DNA of 64,000 bases, from positions 39,781 to 103,780 of the forward strand of contig JAUYMS010000027.1 in the NCBI GenBank assembly GCA_030698625.1, written 5' to 3'. This DNA is from Candidatus Omnitrophota bacterium. Its GTDB lineage: Bacteria > Omnitrophota > Omnitrophia > Omnitrophales > Aquincolibacteriaceae. Shown here piece by piece: positions 20,381 to 29,685 of the stretch. A program made the position numbers and the translations under genes. Below the pieces are notes generated by a model. It was given only the letters and a program-made list of their open reading frames with translations. It did not search any database and was not told where the DNA came from. Each line of letters opens with the position of its first letter. The stretch's first letter is position 1.

Positions 20381-21457
20381 TTACTTCTTGCCAGCCGGCG
20401 CAGCGCCCGTGACCCGCGCCGAAAGCTCCTTCGGATCTTGAGCAACTGCCATCATGATATCGTAGCTTATAATCCCCGCTTGATACAGCTCCCGCAAATG
20501 GTCATCTAGGGCTTTCATGCCGTATTTCAGACCGGTCTGAATCTCGGAGGTAATCTGGTAGGTCTTGTTTTCGCGTATGAGGTTCCTAATAGCCGGGGTT
20601 GCGATCATGATCTCGAAGCACCCCACCCGGCCCTTCCCATCCAGCCGGGGCAGCAGCACTTGTGAAATAACGGCAACGATGGTTGACGCCAGCTGAATGC
20701 GGACCTGCGTCTGCTGATGCGACGGAAACACGTCAATGATGCGATCCACCGTACGGGCAGCCCCGGTCGTGTGCAGGGTCGAGAACACCAGATGCCCTGT
20801 CTCAGCCGCTCCCACCGCCGCTTCCATGGTGGCCATATCGCGCATTTCACCGATGAGGATAACATCAGGATCCTGACGCAGAGCCTTAACAACGGCCTCC
20901 GCGAAACTCGGCACATCTTCACCGACTTCGCGCTGCGTGATAATCGCCTTTTTATGGTTGTGCACGAACTCAATCGGGTCTTCGGCGGTAATAATATGTT
21001 TTGCGGAATTCTCATTGATGTAGTTCAGCATCGTGGCCAAAGACGTTGTTTTGCCCGAACCAGTCGGACCGGTAACAAGTATCAGTCCGCGCGGTCGCGA
21101 CAACAGATCGATCATTTGCTTGGGTAGCCCGATTTGTTCGAAGGTATAAAAACGGGAAGGCAGCAGACGCAAGACCATGGCATAATTGCCTTGCTGCTTG
21201 AAACAGGAAACCCGGAACCGCACCCGATTCTCATAGGAAAAGCCGAAGTCGATACCGCCGACTTCTTCGACGCGCTTGCGCTGCTCCTCGGTCGTAATTT
21301 CACCTGCGAGCTTTTCGGTGTCTTCCGCCGTTAAAGGCGTGTCGTCAATCGAGACAAGGTCACCGTGAAGGCGCACGCTCTTCGGTCTGCCCACGGTCAA
21401 ATGGATGTCCGAAGCATCTTTCTCAATTGCAAAATTCAGAATCTTCTCGATCGCCAT
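20381..21457 (-). CDS. pilT: Type IV pilus retraction ATPase
   Basis: ASDIHL, GPTGSGKTT, LRQDPDVILIGEMRD and the AIRNLIRE motif diagnostic of PilT. Confidence 0.95.
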   Translation of the reverse strand: MAIEKILNFAIEKDASDIHLTVGRPKSVRLHGDLVSIDDTPLTAEDTEKLAGEITTEEQRKRVEEVGGIDFGFSYENRVRFRVSCFKQQGNYAMVLRLLPSRFYTFEQIGLPKQMIDLLSRPRGLILVTGPTGSGKTTSLATMLNYINENSAKHIITAEDPIEFVHNHKKAIITQREVGEDVPSFAEAVVKALRQDPDVILIGEMRDMATMEAAVGAAETGHLVFSTLHTTGAARTVDRIIDVFPSHQQTQVRIQLASTIVAVISQVLLPRLDGKGRVGCFEIMIATPAIRNLIRENKTYQITSEIQTGLKYGMKALDDHLRELYQAGIISYDIMMAVAQDPKELSARVTGAAPAGKK

Positions 21458-21473
21458 GGGCTCACCTTTCCGA

Positions 21474-21482
21474 AGTATAGCA
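21474..21482 (-). promoter_or_regulatory. Possible extended -10 promoter for pilT
   Basis: Minus strand TGcTATACT, just upstream of the AAGGTG RBS. Confidence 0.35.
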
Positions 21483-21527
21483 CGCCAAATGCCGCCCTCT
21501 TTCTTTACGGCTGCGGGGAAGTAAAAA

Positions 21528-22070
21528 TTAAGGGAGGATTCCCTGAAGCCCGGCAAGGATCAACGCGCAAAGAGAGGCCGTCAAAAATAAAATCGGCGCT
21601 CCCCGGACGGGTTGCGGCACGTCAGCAAACAGCAATCTCTGACGCATTCCGAGAATCAGGATTCGGTAGGTCGTAATGAGTACGCTGAATTGCAGACACA
21701 TTAAAAGATAAACGGCCGGCGCGGCCTTGGAGTGATAGAGAAGGAGATAGGTTGTAAAACCAAAAAGGCTCAAAAAAAATGCCGCTGACTTGTGCTGACC
21801 CATTCCTGAGATTACGAAAGCCGCAGGCAGGGCATATAAAACGGCGGGCGGTTCCCAACCGCCCCCAACAGGAATACGTCTTAGTAAAACATAGCAAGCA
21901 ACCAGCAACGCACTTTTAATCCCGAGCTCAATGCCTTGTCCGGCAAGGCTTTGCAGAGCACCCGGCAGAATGCCCCGCCTCTGAGAAAAATCATTTTCGG
22001 CACTCTCTTCGCTTTGGGCAAAACAGAGTAAGGTCCCAAAGGCGATAACCAGCTGCAGCCAATCGATCAT
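21528..22070 (-). CDS. Divergent RnfA-like membrane protein
   Basis: C-terminus GMRQRLLFADVPQPVRGAPILFLTASLCAL matches the RnfA pattern GIRERL...VP.P..G.PI..ITAG. The N-terminal LG.CP and NC motifs are not evident. Confidence 0.65.
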   Translation of the reverse strand: MIDWLQLVIAFGTLLCFAQSEESAENDFSQRRGILPGALQSLAGQGIELGIKSALLVACYVLLRRIPVGGGWEPPAVLYALPAAFVISGMGQHKSAAFFLSLFGFTTYLLLYHSKAAPAVYLLMCLQFSVLITTYRILILGMRQRLLFADVPQPVRGAPILFLTASLCALILAGLQGILP

Positions 22071-22576
22071 GACGGTTTTAACCTCCCGAGAACAATTTGG
22101 CCCATCCAAGCAATACCGGCCAGAACGAGAAACCCCCCGATCGGCCCCTGGAACGTGGGAATAAGCGCTTGAACACCGAGCCAATGCCGGAAAGCTGCGG
22201 CGGTGATAACAACCGTCGGAAGACCGGCGCCTTGGAGCAAGCCGACCCTAACAGAATATTTTTCTTCCGCGTTACCGATGACTGTCGGCCACGTAAGAAA
22301 TGCCGGTCCTATAATCCAGAGCGGCGAAAAGTCAAAAAGATAAACCGTCGACTGACTTAACACCGTAAGCCACAGGATCCAGGCCGTTGACCGCAGGCGA
22401 TCCGGAAAAAGGAAGCCCCCAAGGCGAAATATGATCATCGTGCTCCAAATAACCGCCGCTGCCGCCAACGCGTAATAGACAGCCTCTCGCAGGTGGGACG
22501 AAACCAGTAACACTGGAACGGCCGCCAGCAACATGCGAAAGCTCGGGCAATCTTCGATCCTCACGCTCTTAGTCAC
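22067..22576 (-). CDS. Divergent RnfE-like membrane protein
   Basis: PSFRMLLAAVPVLLVSS (cf. NP...LLGLCP.LAVT), FPDRLR (cf. IPDKVR), PIGGFLVLA (cf. PPGAFL.LG). Confidence 0.6.
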   Translation of the reverse strand: MTKSVRIEDCPSFRMLLAAVPVLLVSSHLREAVYYALAAAAVIWSTMIIFRLGGFLFPDRLRSTAWILWLTVLSQSTVYLFDFSPLWIIGPAFLTWPTVIGNAEEKYSVRVGLLQGAGLPTVVITAAAFRHWLGVQALIPTFQGPIGGFLVLAGIAWMGQIVLGRLKPS

Positions 22577-22710
22577 GTCGCCGAATCTCCGATACTATAA
22601 AGCCAGGCACTGTAAACCATGCAGGCAAGCCCCGCGACAAATGCGGCAAAGTATAAGTACTTCATCGCTTCAATCCACGGTTTTGACGGTCTCGTTTTTG
22701 CTTCTCTCAT
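22573..22710 (-). CDS. 45-aa single-TM peptide in the rnfG position
   Basis: Not in the ORF track. MREAKTRPSKPWIEAMKYLYFAAFVAGLACMVYSAWLYSIGDSAT*. ATGA overlap with the rnfD-like stop and GTGA overlap with the rnfE-like start. Confidence 0.65.
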   Translation of the reverse strand: MREAKTRPSKPWIEAMKYLYFAAFVAGLACMVYSAWLYSIGDSAT

Positions 22711-23486
22711 AGAACCTTTGCATTTCTTGGTCGCACGATCTGATCGAACCAAGGCGTCAGTCCGTTCATAACCAGGACAGCCATAAAAATGCCGTCACTA
22801 TGTCGCATGACCTCGCCCAATAAAACCGCCATGACGGCGGTGCCCATCGCAAAAAAGCGCAAACCTCGCCGTGTCTGGGGTGTCGTCACAGGATCCGTGA
22901 TCAAAAAAAAGGCCGCGAACAGAGCACCTCCTCCGATATCCGTAGACAGAAGCGCATAGACGCCTAAAAAAATTACCGGAACTTCCCAGCGAATGAGCCT
23001 AAACCCGACAAGTATGCCCGCTCCCAGAAATAGGCCGACGGGTGACCCGAAACCGATGGCTCCCCCTTCGATGGCCAGCGGAAAACTCACCTGCATCAGC
23101 ACCCGGCCCGCAACAGCCGCATGAAGCGGATAAGCCCCCGGCCCTCCAAACATTTCCTTAATTAGAATAACCGCGATAGCGCTCGTCAGAGCTGCCGCCC
23201 AGGAGGGTGCGGAAGCCGGTAGCATTAAGGCTACTAGCAGTCCCGTTAATACGGCATCACCGCTCTTCAGGCTGATATTTTTGCCGCGGGCCGTCCGCGC
23301 CAGGACTTCCGAAACCAGGGATGCAGAAACAGCCACGCCGATGAGACGCAGGCTATTCCAGGCATTCGCCGCGACAGCTGCGCCTAGAACAGGCGTCAGG
23401 GCCAGGGCAGTAAGCCAGAGAATCGACGGCACGGAGCGCTCAGTTCGTATATGGGGTGCTAAACCCTGTTTATAAGAGGTCACCAT
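22707..23486 (-). CDS. Divergent RnfD-like membrane protein lacking the FMN-attachment loop
   Basis: APHIR, DAVLTGLLVALMLP, KEMFGG.G...LHAAVAGR and AFFLITDPVTTP.T are RnfD motifs. The T.ATPL FMN segment is absent. Confidence 0.8.
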   Translation of the reverse strand: MVTSYKQGLAPHIRTERSVPSILWLTALALTPVLGAAVAANAWNSLRLIGVAVSASLVSEVLARTARGKNISLKSGDAVLTGLLVALMLPASAPSWAAALTSAIAVILIKEMFGGPGAYPLHAAVAGRVLMQVSFPLAIEGGAIGFGSPVGLFLGAGILVGFRLIRWEVPVIFLGVYALLSTDIGGGALFAAFFLITDPVTTPQTRRGLRFFAMGTAVMAVLLGEVMRHSDGIFMAVLVMNGLTPWFDQIVRPRNAKVL

Positions 23487-23576
23487 AAGAAGCTCTAAAC
23501 TATCAGCAATAAATGAATTGTGCAACTATGCGCCGGATAGACAACATATCTATAGATGTAGGGGCTCCGGGCCTCC

Positions 23577-23605
23577 TTGCAATGCCTAGGGGCGTCGGGT
23601 AGACT
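23577..23605 (+). promoter_or_regulatory. Putative sigma70 promoter of the plus-strand island
   Basis: TTGCAA-N17-TAGACT, about 115 nt upstream of ATG 23720. Confidence 0.45.
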
Positions 23606-23719
23606 CTGTTCTGTAAGGAATGATACCTTTGAGACTTATATTGGGATGGTCTTTGGGAGCCGATAACTGCTTCAGCCTACATTACTTAAGCGCTTTATAA
23701 ATAACATCATATTCTGATC

Positions 23720-24973
23720 ATGAAAATTAAATCGTCTTTAAACTGGGAACTGGGAATTGGCATACTGGAAGACAACGTATTTGGCCAATGCCCAAAACCT
23801 CAGGAATTGCCTTTCGCAGACCGGCGGCGGGAGCCGAGAATTTCCATGAGTCTCCCGATTCGCTACCGCTCCCAAGCACGCCCCGGCCCCAATTGGCTAG
23901 CTGCCCAGTCAATAGATATATCGCGCAACGGGGTTCGTCTGGCTCTGGAGCAACCCATAAAAGTGGGTAACCGCATTGAACTCGATGTGAAGCTGCCCGA
24001 GACCGACGGCACAATACGAATGGAGGGCATCATTGTCTGGGCCAATCCTTCCTCAAACGGCAAAGATATAACCGAGTGCGGGGTCGCCTTTCAGAATCTA
24101 CGCAAACTCACACAGAAGGAAAAAATAATCTATTTCATGGCGGACAAGATCTGCAGCCTTGCTCACCGCCATGCCACGGATCTCGTTGCCACACCCGCGA
24201 ATTCATTGGATGAGATCAAGGAAGCGTATGAGCTTGTGTACCGTGAATATCTTGCCCGCGGCTACTGTGAAGCCAACCCTTCCAAAATGCACTACAACGC
24301 GCATTGCATGTTTCCCGATTCCCGGGTATTCACTCTGCGTCGCGACGGCCGTCTCCTCGGAACACTGTCACTCATTCCGGATTCGCCCTGCGGCATACCT
24401 CTTGAACACCTCTTTCCCCAGGAGGTCGCACGATTAAGACGCCCGGGACGGCGGATTGCCGAGGTAAGCCTACTTGCTCTCAACGGTGAGTATTTTAAGA
24501 AAAAGACTTTTTCCCTTACAGATTTCCAGAAACTCACCGGATCATTTAGGCTCTTCAAGGTCATGTTCGATTACGCACGTTTTGAGGCGCGTGTGACGGA
24601 TATCGTCATCGGAATGCACCCAAAGCATGAGGAGCTGTATCGCTACCTGTCTTTCGAAACGATCGGTCCCACAAAATCCTATTCCAATGCCTGCGGCAAA
24701 CCGGCTCTCCCTATGTGGATGGACATTCCGCGCAACATAAGCACGGTTTCACTCAAACACGGTGCAGGCTATTACTTCCTCAAGGATGTCATCACGCAGG
24801 ATATCCTGGCCCGTCAATTCCGCTGGAACACCGAAGCCGTACGCGACCTTTTACTTCGACGTCCGCCGCTTTGGAATATGATGCCGATTGCCGGTTGGCA
24901 ATATCTTAAACACTGCTATCCGGGTCTCCATTCCACCAAGCCCCAAACCCCGACTCACGGCTCAAAAACGTAA
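23720..24973 (+). CDS. PilZ domain fused to a FeeM-like N-acyl amino acid synthase (GNAT fold)
   Basis: PilZ motifs RRREPR (RxxxR) and DISRNG (DxSxxG). C-terminal domain AYELVYREYLARGY, GTLSLIPDSPCGIP, IAEVSLLA, MHPKH...Y..L.FE, typical of FeeM/NAS acyltransferases. Confidence 0.8.
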   Translation: MKIKSSLNWELGIGILEDNVFGQCPKPQELPFADRRREPRISMSLPIRYRSQARPGPNWLAAQSIDISRNGVRLALEQPIKVGNRIELDVKLPETDGTIRMEGIIVWANPSSNGKDITECGVAFQNLRKLTQKEKIIYFMADKICSLAHRHATDLVATPANSLDEIKEAYELVYREYLARGYCEANPSKMHYNAHCMFPDSRVFTLRRDGRLLGTLSLIPDSPCGIPLEHLFPQEVARLRRPGRRIAEVSLLALNGEYFKKKTFSLTDFQKLTGSFRLFKVMFDYARFEARVTDIVIGMHPKHEELYRYLSFETIGPTKSYSNACGKPALPMWMDIPRNISTVSLKHGAGYYFLKDVITQDILARQFRWNTEAVRDLLLRRPPLWNMMPIAGWQYLKHCYPGLHSTKPQTPTHGSKT

Positions 24974-24975
24974 TC

Positions 24976-26070
24976 ATGAAAAACGATATTCACGAAATCA
25001 TCCGGAAAGGGATACTCGCACCATCCGCAGATAATCTCCAACCGTGGCTTTTCAAAATCGGAGCGGACAACCTTGAGCTGTGGCTTGACGCAAAGCGCTC
25101 GGAAAATTTCTGCGACGCCGGGTATCTAGCCCCTTACATCTCGATCGGTGCCGTCATTGAGAATATGCGAATCGCCGCTGCCGATCGCGGCTATCGCATG
25201 ACTTGTTCCTATTTCCCGGATAAGAAAAATAAGACAAGGGTCGTCACAATCTCCTTCGAAAAGGGAGAAAAGGAGACATCCCCTCTTTTGCCGTTCATAG
25301 GCAAGCGACGCACAAACCGGAAGTTTTACGCTTCACGCCCGAGTGTCGCTCCCGCCGCAAAAGCATCGCTTGAGGAAACAGTATGCGAAGAAGGATTCCG
25401 ACTACACTGGGTAGCGAAAGATGAATCGCGCTACCAAGATCTGTGTAGTATGATCGGTGATGCCGATCAGTTGCGTTTTGAAAACCAAAGACTACACCGA
25501 GAATTTAACAATATATTGCGTTTTACTAAACCGGCGATAAGCGGTGGTGACGGCTTAGACATTAAGACCCTGGAGTCGGGTCCCACGGGGCCCCTTCTTT
25601 TTAAGTTGATGGGCCAGTGGTCCCGGCAAAAGTTTCTGAATAATCTCGGTATTAGCCGGGTCTTCAATGCGTACGCAAAGATCCAGATGCAGTCATCGGC
25701 AGCTGCGGGCCTGATCACGGCCCCCTCTCATGCCCCTGAGGATTATGTTCGCGGGGGGGAGCTCATGGAGCGCCTCTGGCTTGAGGCCACCCGGCAGGGG
25801 CTTTCCCTGCAACCGATGGAAGCACTACCCATTTTTATCATTAACCGGCAACTGCGCAATTTAAGCGATTTTTCAGAAGCTCAAAAGGCGACCATCGAAC
25901 GGCTGACGGCAAATTTCTTTTCGCTCTTCGGTATTAACAATAAGGACGGGCTCATTTTTCTATTCCGCATTGGTCACGCCAAGCCCACCACCACACAGGC
26001 CCTCAGACGCCCGATCGATTCCTTTCTGATGAACAGCGCCGATACAGGAGTTAAATATGTCGTCTCCTGA
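24976..26070 (+). CDS. Acg/Rv1355c-like double nitroreductase-fold flavoprotein
   Basis: APSADNLQPW, IGAVIENM, RRTNRK, GELMERLWLEATRQGLSLQP, FRIG. Confidence 0.8.
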   Translation: MKNDIHEIIRKGILAPSADNLQPWLFKIGADNLELWLDAKRSENFCDAGYLAPYISIGAVIENMRIAAADRGYRMTCSYFPDKKNKTRVVTISFEKGEKETSPLLPFIGKRRTNRKFYASRPSVAPAAKASLEETVCEEGFRLHWVAKDESRYQDLCSMIGDADQLRFENQRLHREFNNILRFTKPAISGGDGLDIKTLESGPTGPLLFKLMGQWSRQKFLNNLGISRVFNAYAKIQMQSSAAAGLITAPSHAPEDYVRGGELMERLWLEATRQGLSLQPMEALPIFIINRQLRNLSDFSEAQKATIERLTANFFSLFGINNKDGLIFLFRIGHAKPTTTQALRRPIDSFLMNSADTGVKYVVS

Positions 26071-27010
26071 GTTTGATTACTCCCAAGCTTTCGACCGCAA
26101 CATCGGTTGGCTCACGAAACACGAGCAAGAAAAACTGCGCGGCATCTGCGTCGCTATCGCAGGCCTCGGCGGCGCCGGTGGGTTTCAAGCGCAGGCCCTG
26201 GCCCGTCTCGGCGTCGGGAAATACCGGATTGCCGATCCGGACACTTTTGAAATATCCAACCGAAATCGCCAGATCGGCGCCACGGAGTCAACAGTGGGCC
26301 ACCCCAAGGCCACAACGATTCGTGACATGATTCTTGCCATCAACCCAACCGCCTCAGTAGAAATTTATCCGGAGTGTTTCAGCACGGCCAATGCCGGCGC
26401 AATCCTGGAAAGCGCTGATGTGGCCATAGATGGCATCGACTTCTTCTCTATCGACGATAAAATTCTATTTTTTCAGGAATGCCGAAAACGCGGTATCCCA
26501 GCCATCACCTCTTGCCCTTTGGGCTTCGGCGCATCTCTGATGGTCTTTTCTCCGCAGGGCATGACGTTTGAGGATTACTTTAATTTCCGGCCGGACATGA
26601 GTGAGAAGGATAAGAGAAACAGTTTCGCCTTCGGGCTTTCTCCTTCGCCCCTTTGTTTGAGCTATATGAATCCTGACGCCTTCGGGTCCGACAACAAGCG
26701 CGCCGCGAGCGTTGTTCCGGGACTCATGCTGGTGGGCGCGCTAACAGCGACAGAAGTGGTAAAGCTCGTTACGCATATGGCCCGGCCGAATTCCTGCCCA
26801 CATGTCTATCAGATTGATTTAATGACGCAGCGCGTCAGCAAGAAATATTATCGCTGGGGAATGAGAGGCCCTTGGATGCGCTGTAAGAAAGCGCTGGCCC
26901 TCAAATGGGTGGAGTACAAGCGCCGTAGGCATGCGTCAAATCCAAGCCTTGCGGCTTCGCCGCCGGATGAACATAAGCAAACGGGGAGTGCTCGCCATGC
27001 GGTTTCTTAA
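26057..27010 (+). CDS. ThiF/E1-like adenylyltransferase
   Basis: AFDRNIGWLT..EQ, GLGGAGG, DPDTFEISNRNRQ, DGIDFF. Confidence 0.85.
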   Translation: MSSPEFDYSQAFDRNIGWLTKHEQEKLRGICVAIAGLGGAGGFQAQALARLGVGKYRIADPDTFEISNRNRQIGATESTVGHPKATTIRDMILAINPTASVEIYPECFSTANAGAILESADVAIDGIDFFSIDDKILFFQECRKRGIPAITSCPLGFGASLMVFSPQGMTFEDYFNFRPDMSEKDKRNSFAFGLSPSPLCLSYMNPDAFGSDNKRAASVVPGLMLVGALTATEVVKLVTHMARPNSCPHVYQIDLMTQRVSKKYYRWGMRGPWMRCKKALALKWVEYKRRRHASNPSLAASPPDEHKQTGSARHAVS

Positions 27011-27764
27011 ACCAGTCTTGATGGCCTGGGCCGTCGTGTTGAGCCTGATTCCCACACTCAAAGCAGAAACCACGCCGCCGGGCGCTACGGAACTCCTACG
27101 CCGAATGGACCAGGTCCTCCGAGGTGATTCTCACGACATGACCGTAACGCTTGATGTTATAACAGCCCGCTGGGAACGCCATTACAAAATCCGGGTTCGC
27201 ATGCAAGGAATCGACTATGCGTTCGCGCGAGTCTTGGAACCTTCAAAAACCGAGGGACAAGGTTTCTTGAGAATCAAGGCACGTCTCTGGCAATATTTAC
27301 CGACGGCGGAACGCACTATTCTCATACCTCCTTCCTTGATGCTTGATGATTTCATGGGCAGCGATTTTTCCAATGATGACTTCGTAAAGCTTAGCTACTT
27401 GCCGCGGGACTACGACGCTAAGATTGTTGCCGAAGATACAATCAGTGGTTTTGAAGTGCTCGGACTGGAGCTTATTCCTCGCCCTGATGCCCCTGTCACA
27501 TACGGCAAACTTGAAGTTTGGCTGCGAAAGACCGATGCGGCACCCGTACGCTGGCTCTTTTATAATGAAAAAATGCTCTTGATAAGAACTCTGCATTACT
27601 CTGAATTTAAACAATTCGGAACCCACGATATCCCAACCGTATGGCGCATGGAGAATCATCTCGAAGCCGGTCACGAGACCACCGTTACCGTGCTGTCGGC
27701 GGCCTTCGACACTCCGATCGCCCAATCCCAATTCACACGAGAAAACCTAGAAAAGTATCCCTGA
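26997..27764 (+). CDS. LolA-like outer-membrane lipoprotein-sorting family periplasmic protein
   Basis: Signal peptide. EP...GQGFL, WQYLP..ERT, FMGSDFSNDD, FTRENL. Confidence 0.8.
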   Translation: MRFLKPVLMAWAVVLSLIPTLKAETTPPGATELLRRMDQVLRGDSHDMTVTLDVITARWERHYKIRVRMQGIDYAFARVLEPSKTEGQGFLRIKARLWQYLPTAERTILIPPSLMLDDFMGSDFSNDDFVKLSYLPRDYDAKIVAEDTISGFEVLGLELIPRPDAPVTYGKLEVWLRKTDAAPVRWLFYNEKMLLIRTLHYSEFKQFGTHDIPTVWRMENHLEAGHETTVTVLSAAFDTPIAQSQFTRENLEKYP

Positions 27765-28987
27765 TGTTTCTCTTCAAGCTCGCGTTTCTTAATATCACCC
27801 GGAATGTTCGCAGGTCCCTAATCACTGTGATGGCTGTCGGCGTCGGTCTCGCCGCGCTTATCTTCCTGTGGGGATTTAATGACGGCACAATCGAGCAGAT
27901 GCGCGAGAACGTCATACGCCTTTTTACGGGCCATGTGCAGATTCATGCTCGCGGCTTCGAAAAATCGCTCTCCCCTGAGCTCTTTCTTGCACAGAGAGAA
28001 AAGGTTCTCATCGATGTTGCGGCAAACCCGGCCGTCTCACGAATCACCGAACGCGTCAAATGCGAAGCGCTTGTCGGCACGAGTGAGAACTCGCGCGGAG
28101 TTCTTTTGGTCGGAGTAGACCCCGAACGTGAAAGACAGATTACCGATCTCGAGGACCACATTGAGGCGGGACGCTATTTGGAGCCGGACGGAAATCGCGA
28201 GATACTAGTCGGAGACCGACTGGCCAAAAAAATAGGCCTCGATCTGGATGACAAAGTCGTCGTGATGACGCAGGCGATGGACGGGACTTTGGCCGGTTAT
28301 GCCTATCGCGTCAAAGGCATCTTTCACACAGGGAGCCAGCAGATTGACGAGGTTTCGGTTTATATCACGCTGGCATCCGCCCAGGAATTACTCGGGCTTG
28401 GGGAAGATGTTCATGAGATTGTGATCCAGCTTTCAGACCGCAAGGGAATAGAACCGTTTCTTGAGTGGGCGAAGATCAGCCTCGGTAGCGAAAAATACGA
28501 GGTTTTGAAGTGGAATGAGCTTATCCCCGAAGTTGATCAATGGACGCAGTGGGCCGAAGCAGTCATTGGAACTATTTTGATCGCCGTCATGGTCGTTATC
28601 GGGGTCAGCATTATGAACACGGTGCTCATGTCCATATATGAAAGGACCCGCGAACTCGGCGTCATGATGGCCATCGGCACAAGCCCCTCCCAGATCGTAC
28701 AACTCATACTGCTTGAGACGCTAATTCTGGAAGGTCTCGGTATTATTCTGGGTTTAGTGGGCGGGTACCTCGTTACAATTTATTTCGGAGAAGTCGGAAT
28801 CTCATTCCACGGCGTCGAAGAGGCCTTTTCGCGTTCTTATATGAGCACGGTTGTCTTCACTAAAGTGGAATGGCCACATGTGGTTCAGTCTGTTATTACG
28901 CTAATTCTCTTAACATCATTCATCGGACTCTATCCGGCCTGGAAGGCATCCCGCATGGAGCCGGTTAAAGCCATCTATTATTCTTAA
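27764..28987 (+). CDS. ABC transporter permease (LolC/E-FtsX/MacB type)
   Basis: LAFLNITRNVRRSLIT, NTVLMSIYERTRELGVMMAIG, YPAWKASRMEPVKA. TGATG coupling to the upstream gene. Confidence 0.9.
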   Translation: MFLFKLAFLNITRNVRRSLITVMAVGVGLAALIFLWGFNDGTIEQMRENVIRLFTGHVQIHARGFEKSLSPELFLAQREKVLIDVAANPAVSRITERVKCEALVGTSENSRGVLLVGVDPERERQITDLEDHIEAGRYLEPDGNREILVGDRLAKKIGLDLDDKVVVMTQAMDGTLAGYAYRVKGIFHTGSQQIDEVSVYITLASAQELLGLGEDVHEIVIQLSDRKGIEPFLEWAKISLGSEKYEVLKWNELIPEVDQWTQWAEAVIGTILIAVMVVIGVSIMNTVLMSIYERTRELGVMMAIGTSPSQIVQLILLETLILEGLGIILGLVGGYLVTIYFGEVGISFHGVEEAFSRSYMSTVVFTKVEWPHVVQSVITLILLTSFIGLYPAWKASRMEPVKAIYYS

Positions 28988-28992
28988 ATATC

Positions 28993-29685
28993 ATGTTCAT
29001 AAAAGCCGAAAATATATCGAAGGTGTTTCAGGACCGCTCGCTCCCAGTCACTGCCCTCAAAGCAGTGAGCGTCGATATTGAGGAGGGGTCCTTTACGGTG
29101 CTCTGCGGGCCGTCGGGTTCCGGCAAGACAACACTCCTAAATCTGCTGGGTTGCCTTGATCGCCCTTCCGGAGGCCGAGTCTTTCTCAGAGGAGAAGAAA
29201 TCAGCGCCCTGTCTCAGGAAAAGCTCACGCGCTACCGGCTGCGGAAAATTGGCTTTGTTTTTCCTGATTTTAATCTCATTCCGACTCTGAGCGCCGTAGA
29301 AAATGTAGAGTATGTCCTTTGGCTTCAGGGCATCTCCGGAACAGAACGCCGCAAGCGCGCCGCCGCCATTTGCGAACGCTTTGGCATCGGCGCTCTAATT
29401 CACCGCCGCCCCCGTGAACTCAGCCGCGGACAACAGCAGCGTGTTGCGGTGGCCCGTGCCATCGTTCACAAACCAGAATTGGTTCTTGGCGATGAATTGA
29501 CCTCGAACCTAGATCATAAGACCGGGTCGGAGCTCATGGGTTTCTTAAAAGAATTAAATCGGGAAGAAAAAATGACTTTTATTTATGCCACCCATGACCC
29601 CGTCATGATCGAACGCGCCGGACGCGTGATTCGAATGCAGGACGGCGAAGTCGTCAGCGATGAAAAGACACGCGTTCATGCTTAG
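28993..29685 (+). CDS. ABC transporter ATP-binding protein (LolD-like) with motif substitutions
   Basis: GPSGSGKTT, LSRGQQQRVAVARA, LGDELTSNLD, THD. Confidence 0.9.
   Translation: MFIKAENISKVFQDRSLPVTALKAVSVDIEEGSFTVLCGPSGSGKTTLLNLLGCLDRPSGGRVFLRGEEISALSQEKLTRYRLRKIGFVFPDFNLIPTLSAVENVEYVLWLQGISGTERRKRAAAICERFGIGALIHRRPRELSRGQQQRVAVARAIVHKPELVLGDELTSNLDHKTGSELMGFLKELNREEKMTFIYATHDPVMIERAGRVIRMQDGEVVSDEKTRVHA

Noticed and set aside
2157-27010. JAMM and ThiF (with the ubiquitin-like gene at 41522) as a CBASS/Bil-type antiphage conjugation system
   Set aside because: The genes are far apart, there is no E2 or cyclase, and each has a clear metabolic context.
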